From positions 22,238 to 86,237 of the forward strand of contig CAVWSC010000024.1 of NCBI GenBank assembly GCA_963757435.1: a stretch of 64,000 nucleotides of DNA. Direction: 5' to 3'. How positions within the stretch are numbered: position 1 is the first letter of the stretch; each line of letters opens with the position of its first letter. Under the pieces are notes generated by a model that was not told where the DNA came from, did no database searches, and saw nothing but the letters and a program-made list of their open reading frames with translations. The translations under genes were made by a program, and so were the position numbers. This stretch comes from Lewinellaceae bacterium (GTDB lineage Bacteria; Bacteroidota; Bacteroidia; Chitinophagales; Saprospiraceae). This document shows, piece by piece, positions 1 through 9,790 of the stretch.

Positions 1-537
1 CTGATGATTCACGACCTGGACATCGTGCTCCACCTCGCCCAGAGCGAAGTGACCGCCGTCCACGCCTCCGGCGTGGCCGTGGTCAGTCACACACCCGATA
101 TCGTTAACGCCCGCATCGAGTTTGCCAACGGCGGAGTGGCTAACCTGACTGCCAGCCGGATCTCGCTCAAGAATATGCGCAAGATCCGCCTCTTTCAACC
201 CGATGCCTACATCAGCCTCGATCTGCTGGAGAAGGAAACGCAGGTGGTCCGGCTCTACGACGCCGACCGGCCACCGACCTTTGCCGAAGACGCCCAGGTC
301 TTTCCCCTGGATACCGCCCGCGGCCCGCGCCTGATCCATGTGGATAGCCCCGACGTGGAACCGGTCAATGCCATCCAGCTAGAACTGGAAACCTTTGCCC
401 GTCACATACGCGAAAAACGTACGCCCGCCGTTTCCATTCACGACGGCTACCGTGCCCTCCAGCTCGCCCAGCGCATTTCCGATGCGGTAGCCGACTCGGC
501 TAAACGAGCGGAAGCTACGCTCCAGCATTCGGTCTGA
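1..537 (+). CDS. Gfo/Idh/MocA-family oxidoreductase, C-terminal fragment (5' end outside window)
   Basis: In-frame ORF to stop at 537; sequence resembles the C-terminal alpha/beta domain of Gfo/Idh/MocA dehydrogenases; no start in window. Confidence 0.6.
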   Translation: MMIHDLDIVLHLAQSEVTAVHASGVAVVSHTPDIVNARIEFANGGVANLTASRISLKNMRKIRLFQPDAYISLDLLEKETQVVRLYDADRPPTFAEDAQVFPLDTARGPRLIHVDSPDVEPVNAIQLELETFARHIREKRTPAVSIHDGYRALQLAQRISDAVADSAKRAEATLQHSV

Positions 538-593
538 TCAGCCGCTTTCGGCTACCGATTCACGTTCACTTCTCGCTATTATCTCTTTGACTT

Positions 594-1469
594 ATGGTTG
601 CGCCACGTTCCGCTATCTCTTCATTGCTCCTTTTTCCATTGCTGTTGTCGGCCTTGCTATTCGGTAGTGGCTGCGATCCGGATGAGGCCGTCCCGGCCAT
701 CCTGGTTATCCCCCGGTTAACCCTGACTACCAACGCCGCTCAGGGATCGGCGTCGGCCGATATCCGCGAGGCCTGGGTTACTGTAGACGGTGTTTTTCTG
801 GGGGCCTACCCCACGCCCGCTCGGGTCAATATTCTGGTAACCGGCACGGCCAACGTGCGCGTACAGGCCGGCATCCGCGAGAGCGGGGTCAGCACCCTGC
901 CTCAGATCTACCCTTTTTACTCCGAAATCGAGCGGACGCTGGAGTTTGCCCCCGGCCGGGAAACTAATCTGGGTACGGGAAGCATCACTTATCGCAACGA
1001 CGCCCGCTTTGCGTTTATCGAAGATTTTGAGAATACTTCCGAACGGGTTTTTGTCAATCCTTTTTTCGGAGAAGCAACCATCGAAGCTACCACCGAAGAA
1101 GTATTCGAGGGGCAATTCGGCGGGATACTGGAGTTAGGCTCTGACCAGGTCAACGCCCAGGTTTCCACGGTGCTGGAGTACAGCGGACTACTTAATAGCA
1201 TCCAGCAAGAGGTGTACCTGGAGATGAACTTCAAATCCGAATTAACGGCACTGTGGGGGGTAATCGGCCGCCCCGGATTACAACTGGAAACCCTCTACGA
1301 CGTAGGCTTTCGCCCCCGTCAGCAGTGGACCAAAATCTACTTTAACCTGGGACCCACGCTCGGGTCGGCTAATTACGCGACATACGGTTTCGCCGTGCAA
1401 GCCCTAAACCAGGATGAGTCGCCGGGGGGCAAGCTTTTCGTGGATAACATCAAATTACTGCACTTCTAG
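594..1469 (+). CDS. hypothetical lipoprotein (signal peptide + Cys)
   Basis: N-terminal hydrophobic signal followed by GSGC lipobox-like motif; no recognisable family. Confidence 0.45.
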   Translation: MVAPRSAISSLLLFPLLLSALLFGSGCDPDEAVPAILVIPRLTLTTNAAQGSASADIREAWVTVDGVFLGAYPTPARVNILVTGTANVRVQAGIRESGVSTLPQIYPFYSEIERTLEFAPGRETNLGTGSITYRNDARFAFIEDFENTSERVFVNPFFGEATIEATTEEVFEGQFGGILELGSDQVNAQVSTVLEYSGLLNSIQQEVYLEMNFKSELTALWGVIGRPGLQLETLYDVGFRPRQQWTKIYFNLGPTLGSANYATYGFAVQALNQDESPGGKLFVDNIKLLHF

Positions 1470-2893
1470 TGGATACCCGCCGACAGAGACGGATCGATAC
1501 ATACGGGTACCGGCTGGCCGATTTCGGTTCGGCCCTGCTGGCGTGGGTGCTATTCTTTGCGTGGCGGTCGGCCGGCGAGCGGGGTTCGTTCAGTTTCAGT
1601 CACTTGAACGACGCCAATTTTTTGCTCGGCGCCCTGCTCATTCCAGTGGGATGGTTACTTTTCTACGCACTTTTCGGCCATTACAGTGACATTTACCGCC
1701 TCAGCCGTCTGGCCACCCTGGCCCGCACGCTGTTGCTCAGTTTTTTCGGGATCCTGGTGCTGTTTTTTACCATCCTCATCGACGATGTAGTCGCCAATTA
1801 CCAAGTCTACTACCGCAGCCTGCTGGTATTATTCAGCCTTCACTTCGTGCTCACGGCCACGGCGCGGATGATCATTCTCACCCGCGCCACGCGGCGCCTC
1901 AAGGCGGGCCTGATCACCTACAATACCCTCATTATCGGCGGCAGCGGTAACGCCCGCGAACTCTACCTCGACATCTCCTCGCGGGAGAAGAAACTCGGAT
2001 ACCGCTTCGTCGGCTACGTGGATGCCAACGGCGGCAAGGAAAAGGACCTACTCGAATATCTACCGCGCCTGGGCCGCGTGCGCCAACTGGCCGACGTGAT
2101 CGAAGAATACGGCATCGAAGAGGTCATCGTCGCCATCGAAACGAGCGAACACAACCGCCTGCGCGAGATCCTCAACGTGCTCTTCGATTTCGGCGATCGC
2201 CTGCTGGTCAAGATCATCCCCGATATGTACGACATCATGCTCGGCACCGTCAAAATGACCCACCTGTACGGGGCTGTCCTCATCGAGATCAAACGGGGCC
2301 TCATGCCCCGCTGGCAACGGATCATCAAACGCACCATCGACGTGGCGGCCTCCGTCTTTTTTCTCCTGCTCCTCAGTCCGCTTTTCGCCTACGCCGCCCT
2401 GCGGGTGCGCCTGTCCTCACCCGGTCCCGTCATCTACCGCCAGACCCGCATCGGGCGCGGTAGCCGGCCGTTCAGTATCTTCAAATTCCGGTCCATGCAC
2501 CTCGACGCCGAGTCCGGCGGTCCGCGCCTCAGCAGCGATACCGACGACCGTTGCACCGCCTGGGGGGCCGTCATGCGCAAGTGGCGCATCGACGAATTAC
2601 CGCAATTCTGGAACGTCCTCATCGGCGATATGTCGCTGGTCGGCCCCCGCCCGGAACGCAGCTTTTACATCGAGCAAATCGCCAGACGTGCCCCCCATTA
2701 CCGCCAACTCCTGCGCGTGCGCCCCGGCATCACCAGCTGGGGGCAGGTCAAGTACGGCTACGCCAGCAACGTCGACCAAATGGTGGCCCGCCTCAAATTC
2801 GACATCCTCTACATCGAGAACATGAGCCTCGCCCTCGATTTCAAAATCCTGTTCTACACTATCGTCGTGTTGCTGCAAGGAAAGGGAAAATAG
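1469..2893 (+). CDS. polyprenyl-phosphate sugar phosphotransferase (bacterial sugar transferase, WbaP-like)
   Basis: Multiple N-terminal TM helices, C-terminal bacterial sugar transferase domain (…LVGPRPERSFY…GITSWGQV…KFDILYIENMSL); GTG start at 1469-1471 overlaps upstream TAG. Confidence 0.8.
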   Translation: MDTRRQRRIDTYGYRLADFGSALLAWVLFFAWRSAGERGSFSFSHLNDANFLLGALLIPVGWLLFYALFGHYSDIYRLSRLATLARTLLLSFFGILVLFFTILIDDVVANYQVYYRSLLVLFSLHFVLTATARMIILTRATRRLKAGLITYNTLIIGGSGNARELYLDISSREKKLGYRFVGYVDANGGKEKDLLEYLPRLGRVRQLADVIEEYGIEEVIVAIETSEHNRLREILNVLFDFGDRLLVKIIPDMYDIMLGTVKMTHLYGAVLIEIKRGLMPRWQRIIKRTIDVAASVFFLLLLSPLFAYAALRVRLSSPGPVIYRQTRIGRGSRPFSIFKFRSMHLDAESGGPRLSSDTDDRCTAWGAVMRKWRIDELPQFWNVLIGDMSLVGPRPERSFYIEQIARRAPHYRQLLRVRPGITSWGQVKYGYASNVDQMVARLKFDILYIENMSLALDFKILFYTIVVLLQGKGK

Positions 2894-2920
2894 CGGGCCG
2901 GGGAAGCGTGGTAAAGGTTT

Positions 2921-3035
2921 TCCGGGCGTGCCCCCAGCCCTGGCGGGCGTAGGGTCGGTACCTTTCCGGCGCGCCTATCGGCTTGGCCCTGCGGGCTGCT
3001 CCGCTAACGCTTCGCCCCGTCCAGGCACCTCACGC
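2921..3035 (+). repeat. REP-like interspersed element family A, copy 1
   Basis: GGGCGTGCCCCC…CCAGGCACCTCACGC consensus shared with 10 other copies in window. Confidence 0.7.
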
Positions 3036-3079
3036 AAACCTCTCCCCGAAAGCACTTATCTTATCCAAAAAAGTCTACC

Positions 3080-3586
3080 ATGCGTTTCCATTCTCACACC
3101 ATATACGGGTTGCTGCTACTCCTGACCTGCCTCGGCTGTTCCCCCCGCCTGCCGGTCCTCCAGCCCTCCTTCGATCACTACGCCATCCTGGTCGAAGACC
3201 TGGCCGTATCCGCCCGCTTCTACCGCGATGTGGTCGGCCTGCCGGAGATCTACGACGGCACCGAAAAGGACAACATCCGCTGGTTCGACCTCGGCAACGG
3301 CAGTGCCCTCCACGTTATCCAGGCCGACCGCTCGGCTATCGCCACTACCAAACCGGTCCACCTTTGCATGAGCGTCAGCAATTTCGACGGCTACGTGGAA
3401 AGCCTCCGCGCCAACGGCATCCAGTTCGAGGACTGGCCCGGAAATCCCCTGGTTTCCAACGTCCGCCCCGATGGCGTGCGCCAGGTCTACTTCCAGGATC
3501 CCGACGGCTACTGGCTCGAACTCAACGATGCCCGCAACTTCCGCCGCCGGTTCGCCAAACTGCCCCGCCCCGCCGCCAATGATTGA
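3080..3586 (+). CDS. VOC/glyoxalase-family protein with lipoprotein-like signal
   Basis: HYAILVEDL…FYRDVVGL…glyoxalase/bleomycin-resistance fold motifs. Confidence 0.65.
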   Translation: MRFHSHTIYGLLLLLTCLGCSPRLPVLQPSFDHYAILVEDLAVSARFYRDVVGLPEIYDGTEKDNIRWFDLGNGSALHVIQADRSAIATTKPVHLCMSVSNFDGYVESLRANGIQFEDWPGNPLVSNVRPDGVRQVYFQDPDGYWLELNDARNFRRRFAKLPRPAAND

Positions 3587-4208
3587 TTCCCTGTTACCCG
3601 CCTGGGCCGTAGGCCTGCACTGGGCCGAGTGGTCGGCGGTGGTCACCGCACTTGTATACGTGGGTCTGGCGGCCCGGTCCAGTGCCTGGTGCTGGCCGTT
3701 CGGTTTTGTCAGCGCCGTGCTCTGGGCCTGGACCACCTATGCGCTTTACGGGTTGGTTTCCGATGCCCTGTTGCAGGTTTTCTACGCCGTCATGGCCATC
3801 ATCGGCTGGTGGCAGTGGCAGTACGGCCGCACTACCCCCGCCGGGCAAACCGCCGCCCTGCCCGTCACCACCCTGCCCCTCCGCTCGCACCTGGTTTGGT
3901 CGGCCCTGGCCGCCGCCCCGGCCCTCGTCCTGGGTTTCGGCTTCAGCTACCTCGCCACCGCCATCGCTACCTACCCCGACGCTTTTACCACCACCTTCTC
4001 TGTGCTGGCCACCTTCCTCCTCATTCGCCGCAAGCTCGAAAACTGGCTCTACTGGATCGTGATCGACCTGGCCTACGGCTGGCTCTACTTCAGCCGGGGG
4101 GCCATCCTTTTCGGGCTATTGATGGTGATTTACGTTGGCATGGCGATATATGGATACCTTACTTGGCGGCGCGAGCTTTCCGTACACTACGAACCGCAAG
4201 CGAATTAA
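3579..4208 (+). CDS. pnuC: nicotinamide riboside transporter PnuC
   Basis: Multi-TM protein with PnuC-like W/Y-rich segments (IIGWWQWQYG); ATG at 3579 overlaps glyoxalase stop (ATGATTGA); upstream part of ORF 3471 discarded. Confidence 0.7.
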   Translation: MIDSLLPAWAVGLHWAEWSAVVTALVYVGLAARSSAWCWPFGFVSAVLWAWTTYALYGLVSDALLQVFYAVMAIIGWWQWQYGRTTPAGQTAALPVTTLPLRSHLVWSALAAAPALVLGFGFSYLATAIATYPDAFTTTFSVLATFLLIRRKLENWLYWIVIDLAYGWLYFSRGAILFGLLMVIYVGMAIYGYLTWRRELSVHYEPQAN

Positions 4209-4316
4209 ATAGCTTTTCCGTCGCCTGTCGGCGGGTTTAACGAACAATACGTGCGCCCCCTACCTAGTTTGGTTGACGTGGCCGTCTGACGACCACCTAA
4301 CTACCTCACTTTTTTC

Positions 4317-6737
4317 TTGCTTATGCGCATTATCCTACACTTCGTTTTGCTCCCCATCCTGGTATTGATGTTGCCGGCCCCGACCCTACTATCGGCCCAG
4401 CCCCCCCGCGCCCTGGGACAGTGGGAGGCCCTGTTGAGCTACCGGCGCGGTAGCACGGTCACGCAATCGGCGACCGAGATTATTTATTCGACAGGAAGGG
4501 CCGTTTTCTTCCTTGATAAGGAAGACCTGAGCATTACGCGCCTGACCAAATCAGATGGGCTGGCCGAGGCCGCCGTGCGGCTGGTAAAATACCACCCACC
4601 CACCGCCACCCTGATCATTGTGTACGAAAACAGCGTAATCGACTTATTTCGATCCGATGGGCGCATCAGCACATTACGGCAGATTGACAATTTTAATTTT
4701 AGCGGGGGAAGCAGCAGTATCAACGATATCTACGTAGACGGCACCGATATCGTCTATCTGGCCGCCGGCTATGGTGTATCCGCACTGGACGTCGGGGAAA
4801 ACGAAGAAATATTCCCCTTCACCACCTTTACCGCCGTAGCGGTACGGGGCGTGGTATTGTTTCAGGACCAACTGTACGCCGGTACCGACGAGGGGCTATA
4901 CCGGGTGCCGCGTCAGGGCGCGAATCTGAGCGATTTCGGTAACTGGCAACTACTGGGAGCGGACGAAGGTGTATTGCCGGACGTGGCCGTGACCGCCATT
5001 GCCGAGTGGCGAAACGATTTGTACTACGCCCTACGTGGAGGTGACGTTTACCGCTGGAATAATGGAAACCCCGTCTTACATTACACGGCACCGGATAACC
5101 AGCAATACGTAAGCTATCTAAGTGCCGGTCAGAATTACCTGTTAGCCGGTTATGATTGCCCGGTTATCGAACAGGCAACTTGCCAGGCACAGCAAGTAGT
5201 GCTACTGACGGAGAGTGGTTTCGACCGCGAGCTGCGCGGTAACTGCGTTAGCGATCCCACTTACGCCATTGAAGAAGCGGGAACCTCCCGGCTTTTCCTG
5301 GCGGATCGCGGCCAAGGTATTCGCTACCTGCCGAACTCCGGTGCGCCCAATTGCGAGATACTGTCTTACAGCGGTCCGCTGACCGATGAAAATTTTTCCC
5401 TTACCCACGACGGTACTTCTCTATGGGTGACGGCCGGGGGATACACACCCGGAAGCTTTTCTCCACTATTTAACGATCGGGGCATCTTCCGGCTCCAAGA
5501 TGGCGAATGGGACTTTTTTAACCGCTCGAACGACCCCCTTTTTTATGGCCGCGACGGTATTAGTAATAATGATGACGATATTCAGATTATGGTATCGTCC
5601 TATTTTAATCCAGTTACCAAGAAGCTTTATTTCGGTTCGTGGCTGGAGGGTTTTGTTGAATACGATCCCGCCACCGAGGACTTTACGATTTACGATGATG
5701 ACAACACTACCCTGCAACGAGCCGTAAACGATGCCGATCGGACCCGTGTAGGCGGCTTCGACAGTGATGCGGCCGGCAACCTGTACGTGGCCAACCACCG
5801 GGCCGTGGACCGCAGGGCCGTGACGGTACTAACCCCCGACGGCCAGTCGGTGGCGTTAGGTGCCGATTGCGGATTCTTCGGTGCCTTTGACGTGGCCATC
5901 GACCAATCCGGGTTCATCTGGACCCTCTACAGTATCCTGCCTGACGTCGGTGGTGTCAGCGTGCTGGACCCCGGCCCGGATGTACTCGACCCTTCCGATG
6001 ACGAGTGCCGCGTTTTCCTGACGGGTAATTCCAATTTACCCACCAATGAAGTACGGTCCATTGTAGTAGACCTGGACGGCGACGTGTGGGTAGGCACCGC
6101 CGCCGGAATCGTGATTTTCGAGTGCGGCGGCAGTGCCCTTTCCGACATCTGCCAGGGTTCCATCCGGATCGTGGAAGACAACGAGTTTACCGGCCGCCTA
6201 CTGGAAACGGAGGATATTCTGACCATGGCCGTGGACGGGGCCAACCGCAAGTGGATCGGTACCAACAGCGGCGTTTACCTGCTTTCACCCGACGGGCGGG
6301 AGCAAATCTTTCGTTTCGACGAGGGTAACAGTCCGCTACTGAATAATACCGTGCGCGCCATTACCATCCGCCAAGCGGACGGAACGGTCTACTTCGGCAC
6401 GGAGAGCGGCATCATCTCTTACCGGGGCGATGCCACCGAGGGTGGGGAGGTGAACAAAGAAGAACTGGAGATTTTCCCGAATCCCGTTACACCCGATTAC
6501 CGCGGGCCCATCGCCATCCGCGGCTTGGCGCGCGATGCTACCGTAAAGATCACGGACGTAAGCGGCAAATTGGTCTTTGAGACCCAGGCCGAAGGCGGTC
6601 AGGTAACCTGGGACGGCCGGGATTACACGGGCCGCGAAGCCCGGTCGGGGGTCTACCTGGTCTTCGCCGCCACCAACGGGCGGTTCCGTTTCGATGACCC
6701 GGACGGGGCGATCGGGAAGATTGTGTTCGTACGTTAG
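4317..6737 (+). CDS. secreted two-component-regulator-propeller (beta-propeller) protein with T9SS type-A C-terminal sorting domain; possibly PorZ-like
   Basis: Signal peptide; repeated propeller-like segments; C-terminal …FPNPVTPDYRGPIAIRGL…VKITDVSGKLVF… CTD. Confidence 0.65.
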   Translation: MLMRIILHFVLLPILVLMLPAPTLLSAQPPRALGQWEALLSYRRGSTVTQSATEIIYSTGRAVFFLDKEDLSITRLTKSDGLAEAAVRLVKYHPPTATLIIVYENSVIDLFRSDGRISTLRQIDNFNFSGGSSSINDIYVDGTDIVYLAAGYGVSALDVGENEEIFPFTTFTAVAVRGVVLFQDQLYAGTDEGLYRVPRQGANLSDFGNWQLLGADEGVLPDVAVTAIAEWRNDLYYALRGGDVYRWNNGNPVLHYTAPDNQQYVSYLSAGQNYLLAGYDCPVIEQATCQAQQVVLLTESGFDRELRGNCVSDPTYAIEEAGTSRLFLADRGQGIRYLPNSGAPNCEILSYSGPLTDENFSLTHDGTSLWVTAGGYTPGSFSPLFNDRGIFRLQDGEWDFFNRSNDPLFYGRDGISNNDDDIQIMVSSYFNPVTKKLYFGSWLEGFVEYDPATEDFTIYDDDNTTLQRAVNDADRTRVGGFDSDAAGNLYVANHRAVDRRAVTVLTPDGQSVALGADCGFFGAFDVAIDQSGFIWTLYSILPDVGGVSVLDPGPDVLDPSDDECRVFLTGNSNLPTNEVRSIVVDLDGDVWVGTAAGIVIFECGGSALSDICQGSIRIVEDNEFTGRLLETEDILTMAVDGANRKWIGTNSGVYLLSPDGREQIFRFDEGNSPLLNNTVRAITIRQADGTVYFGTESGIISYRGDATEGGEVNKEELEIFPNPVTPDYRGPIAIRGLARDATVKITDVSGKLVFETQAEGGQVTWDGRDYTGREARSGVYLVFAATNGRFRFDDPDGAIGKIVFVR

Positions 6738-6760
6738 TACCAATGATCGGCCACGATTAT

Positions 6761-6862
6761 TCGGGCGTGCCCCCGGCCCTGGCGGGCCGGGGTCGGTGTC
6801 CTGCGGGCTTCGCTAACCGCTCGGCACTGCGTGCGCTAACGCCCCTCCGGGTACCTCACGCG
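6761..6862 (+). repeat. REP-like element family A, copy 2
   Basis: TCGGGCGTGCCCCCGGCCC…CACGC. Confidence 0.7.
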
Positions 6863-6889
6863 ATAGGAGGAAAATTCGTTTCGCTTTAC

Positions 6890-7723
6890 CTAAAAATCGA
6901 AGTTATCGGGGTCGGGTCCGATGCGCTTCCCCTGGTCCAGGCCGCTGACATAGGCCATTTCTTCGCTGCTGAGTTCAAAATCGAAGATGTCGCCGTTCTC
7001 GTGAATGCGTTGTTGATTGGATGATTTGGGGATGACGATAATGCCCATCTGCAAGGCCCAGCGGAGCATCACCTGGGCGATGGATTTATCGTGGCGTTGG
7101 GTGATCTTGTCGAGTAGATCGGTACTGAAAAACTCCCCCTGCATCAGGGGCGACCACGCCTCGTAACGAATCTGGCGGGCGTGGCAGAAGTCGATCAGTT
7201 CCTGTTGCACCAGGCGCGGGTGAAATTCCATTTGGTTGACCATCGGCACGATTTGGGCGTCCTCCAGCAGGTCTTCCAGGTGGTGCTGCAAAAAGTTGCT
7301 CACGCCGATGGCGCGAACCCGGCCGTCGTTGTACAGTTTTTCCAGCGCGCGCCAGGTATGCTTGTACTTTCCGTCTACCGGCCAGTGAACGAGGTAAAGG
7401 TCGAGATAGCTGGTACCGAGTCGCTCGCACGATTTATCGAAAGCGGCGAGGGTACTATCGAAGCCCTGATCGGAATTCCACACCTTGCTGGTAATAAATA
7501 CTTCGCGGCGGTCTATGCCACTACTACGTACACCCTCGCCCACGCCCGATTCGTTTTTATAGATGGAGGCCGTATCAATGTGGCGATAACCGTCTTCAAT
7601 CGCCCAGCGGACGGCGTTGATTACTTCGTTGCCATCTTTCGATTGATAAACCCCCAGGCCGAAGTAGGGCATGGGTAGGCCGTTGTGCAGGGTTACGGTG
7701 CCGGAAAGGTCGGTCAGTTGCAT
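6890..7723 (-). CDS. aldo/keto reductase (2,5-diketo-D-gluconate reductase-like)
   Basis: AKR signature: GLGVYQ…DTASIY…LDLYLVHWP…IPKS. Confidence 0.85.
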   Translation of the reverse strand: MQLTDLSGTVTLHNGLPMPYFGLGVYQSKDGNEVINAVRWAIEDGYRHIDTASIYKNESGVGEGVRSSGIDRREVFITSKVWNSDQGFDSTLAAFDKSCERLGTSYLDLYLVHWPVDGKYKHTWRALEKLYNDGRVRAIGVSNFLQHHLEDLLEDAQIVPMVNQMEFHPRLVQQELIDFCHARQIRYEAWSPLMQGEFFSTDLLDKITQRHDKSIAQVMLRWALQMGIIVIPKSSNQQRIHENGDIFDFELSSEEMAYVSGLDQGKRIGPDPDNFDF

Positions 7724-7888
7724 GAGTGGGCGTTTGGTACGTGGCCTATAACAGGGAGTAAAGGGAAGTGGTTTATCGGTACGGAACGGCCGCGCTAAAC
7801 TTGTATCCGATTCCTGGCTTTTGACTTACTGGAAGAGGTGATTTTCCAATTCAACGAATGGTCACTTATCCCCCAGAAGAGTAACTCG

Positions 7889-8059
7889 ATGAGCAAAAAG
7901 AAGAAAAAAGAAAAAGCGGAAAAATCCGGTAAGCCGCGCAAGGTCAAAAAGAAGTGTTGCAAAAAATACCTCAAGGAGGGCAAGACCTATTGCAAGAGCT
8001 GCCCCGTACGCGCCAAGATCGAAGGGTGGCTGCCGGCGGACTACCAGGGAGAAGGCTAA
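7889..8059 (+). CDS. small lysine-rich Cys4 protein (putative zinc ribbon), hypothetical
   Basis: 56 aa, MSKKKKKEK…CC…CKSC; start chosen at internal ATG 7889. Confidence 0.3.
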   Translation: MSKKKKKEKAEKSGKPRKVKKKCCKKYLKEGKTYCKSCPVRAKIEGWLPADYQGEG

Positions 8060-8117
8060 TCCATGTTTTGTCCTCCATCCGTCCAGCGGGAAAGCAGGGG
8101 GGGCGTACCTTTGATGG

Positions 8118-9740
8118 ATGCCGATTACTCGTTACTCCTCGTTCGCTACCTCCGTTAAGTCGCTTGCGCTGCTACTGCTCGTTTTAACCTTGCCAGTACT
8201 ACCCGGCAGCATAGCCGCCCAGTCCGCTATCGCGCCTGCCGTCATCGTCCGCATGGCCCCCGGCCAGGCACCACCCGCGCCCGCCGGCACTCTGGTGCGT
8301 CGCCTGGGGCCGGATACTTACCAATTGACTTACCCCGCACGCACGGCCCGCCGGAACCCCTCCGCCGCCCTGAATGCCGACCCATCCGTGCTACTCTGGC
8401 AGGCCGACGAGGCGGTAACCTTCCGCCAAACCCCCACCGACGAACTCTATCCCCGCCAGGCCACCCACCTCGAACTAGTCGGCCTGCCCCGCGCCTGGGA
8501 CCTCACCACCGGCGGCACCGCCCCTAACGGAGACCGCATCGTGGCGGCCATCCTGGACGAAGGCTTCGACCTCGCCCACGAGGACATCCTAAATAATACC
8601 TGGACCAACCCCGGCGAAATCCCGAACGACGGCATCGACAACGACGGTAACGGCTTCGTCGACGACCTGCACGGCTGGAATTTTAAATCCGATCGGCCCA
8701 CCTTTCCCAGTGCGTTGCATGGGCAGAGCGTGGCGGGCATCATCGGCGCACAGGGGGATAACGGCATTGGCACGGCCGGCGTCAACTGGTCGGTGGACCT
8801 GATGTACTTCGCCATCGTAACCGTTTCGGATATCGTGGCGGCTTACGAGTACATCCTCGATCAGCGACAACGCTATAACGCCAGCCAGGGGCGCGAGGGA
8901 AGTCTGGTGGTGGTGACTAACGCCAGTTTCGGGGTGGAGGGCGGCCGCTGTAGCAGCTACGCCGTTTGGGCCGATATGTACGACCGCCTCGGCGCGGCCG
9001 GGGTACTGACCGCCGCCAGCACCGCCGGTCGCTACTGGGACGTAGACGTTAACGGAGATATGCCCACCACTTGCCCGACGGATTACCTCATCGCCGTTAC
9101 CAACACCGATACGCTGGACCGGATCTGGCCCTCCTCCGGTTACGGCACTACTTCCGTGGACCTAGCCGCGCCGGGCGAGCATACCTACACCACCCGCCCC
9201 AATAACCAGTACGGCACCTTCGGCAGCACCAGTGCCGCCGCGCCCTACGTGACCGGGGCCATCGCCCTGATGTACAGCCTGGACTGCCCCCTCATTACCG
9301 AACGCTTGCGGACGGACCCCGCCGGCCTGGCCCTCTTCATGCGGGGCCTGCTCCTCGCCTCCGTCGAACCCGTTCCCGATCTCGAGCAACTCACCGTAAC
9401 CGGCGGCCGCCTGGCCGTAGACCGTGCCCTCGATGCCCTGCTCCAGGAGTGTAATGCCTACACCAGCGGTGGCGGCGCGGAGGCGGGCCTACGCATCCAA
9501 CCCAACCCCACCAGCCGGGGCGGGGATATCGAGGTTTTGAATAATGCCCTCACCCTGGGCACCCCCTACACCCTGGAACTGTACGACAGCGCGGGTCGGC
9601 TGGCCCGGCGCAGCCGTCAGCCGGGCGGCTTTGCCGGCTCGCCGCTTGTGCTTCCTACCGTGGGCCTGGCGGGCGGGCTGTACTTTATGCACCTGAGCGG
9701 TGGTGGATTGAGCGAGTGGGGGAGGGTGGTGGTGCGGTAA
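8118..9740 (+). CDS. S8-family subtilisin-like peptidase with T9SS C-terminal sorting domain
   Basis: D (AILDEGFD), H (HGQSVAGI), S (SAAAPYVTGA) catalytic motifs; signal peptide; C-terminal CTD-like beta segment. Confidence 0.85.
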   Translation: MPITRYSSFATSVKSLALLLLVLTLPVLPGSIAAQSAIAPAVIVRMAPGQAPPAPAGTLVRRLGPDTYQLTYPARTARRNPSAALNADPSVLLWQADEAVTFRQTPTDELYPRQATHLELVGLPRAWDLTTGGTAPNGDRIVAAILDEGFDLAHEDILNNTWTNPGEIPNDGIDNDGNGFVDDLHGWNFKSDRPTFPSALHGQSVAGIIGAQGDNGIGTAGVNWSVDLMYFAIVTVSDIVAAYEYILDQRQRYNASQGREGSLVVVTNASFGVEGGRCSSYAVWADMYDRLGAAGVLTAASTAGRYWDVDVNGDMPTTCPTDYLIAVTNTDTLDRIWPSSGYGTTSVDLAAPGEHTYTTRPNNQYGTFGSTSAAAPYVTGAIALMYSLDCPLITERLRTDPAGLALFMRGLLLASVEPVPDLEQLTVTGGRLAVDRALDALLQECNAYTSGGGAEAGLRIQPNPTSRGGDIEVLNNALTLGTPYTLELYDSAGRLARRSRQPGGFAGSPLVLPTVGLAGGLYFMHLSGGGLSEWGRVVVR

Positions 9741-9790
9741 GAAACGCTCTAAGTCAAACTTACCTATCTTTGGCGTGAAAATTTCACGCT

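Noticed and set aside
3471-3578. N-terminal 36 codons of the ORF-track pnuC call
   Set aside because: This stretch overlaps the glyoxalase gene, and the PnuC-like sequence begins at the ATG at 3579.
3116-3736. 206-aa minus-strand ORF and 2983-3582 / 3629-4240 Arg/Pro-rich ORFs
   Set aside because: They overlap the glyoxalase and pnuC genes in alternative frames, and their composition is typical of spurious high-GC ORFs.
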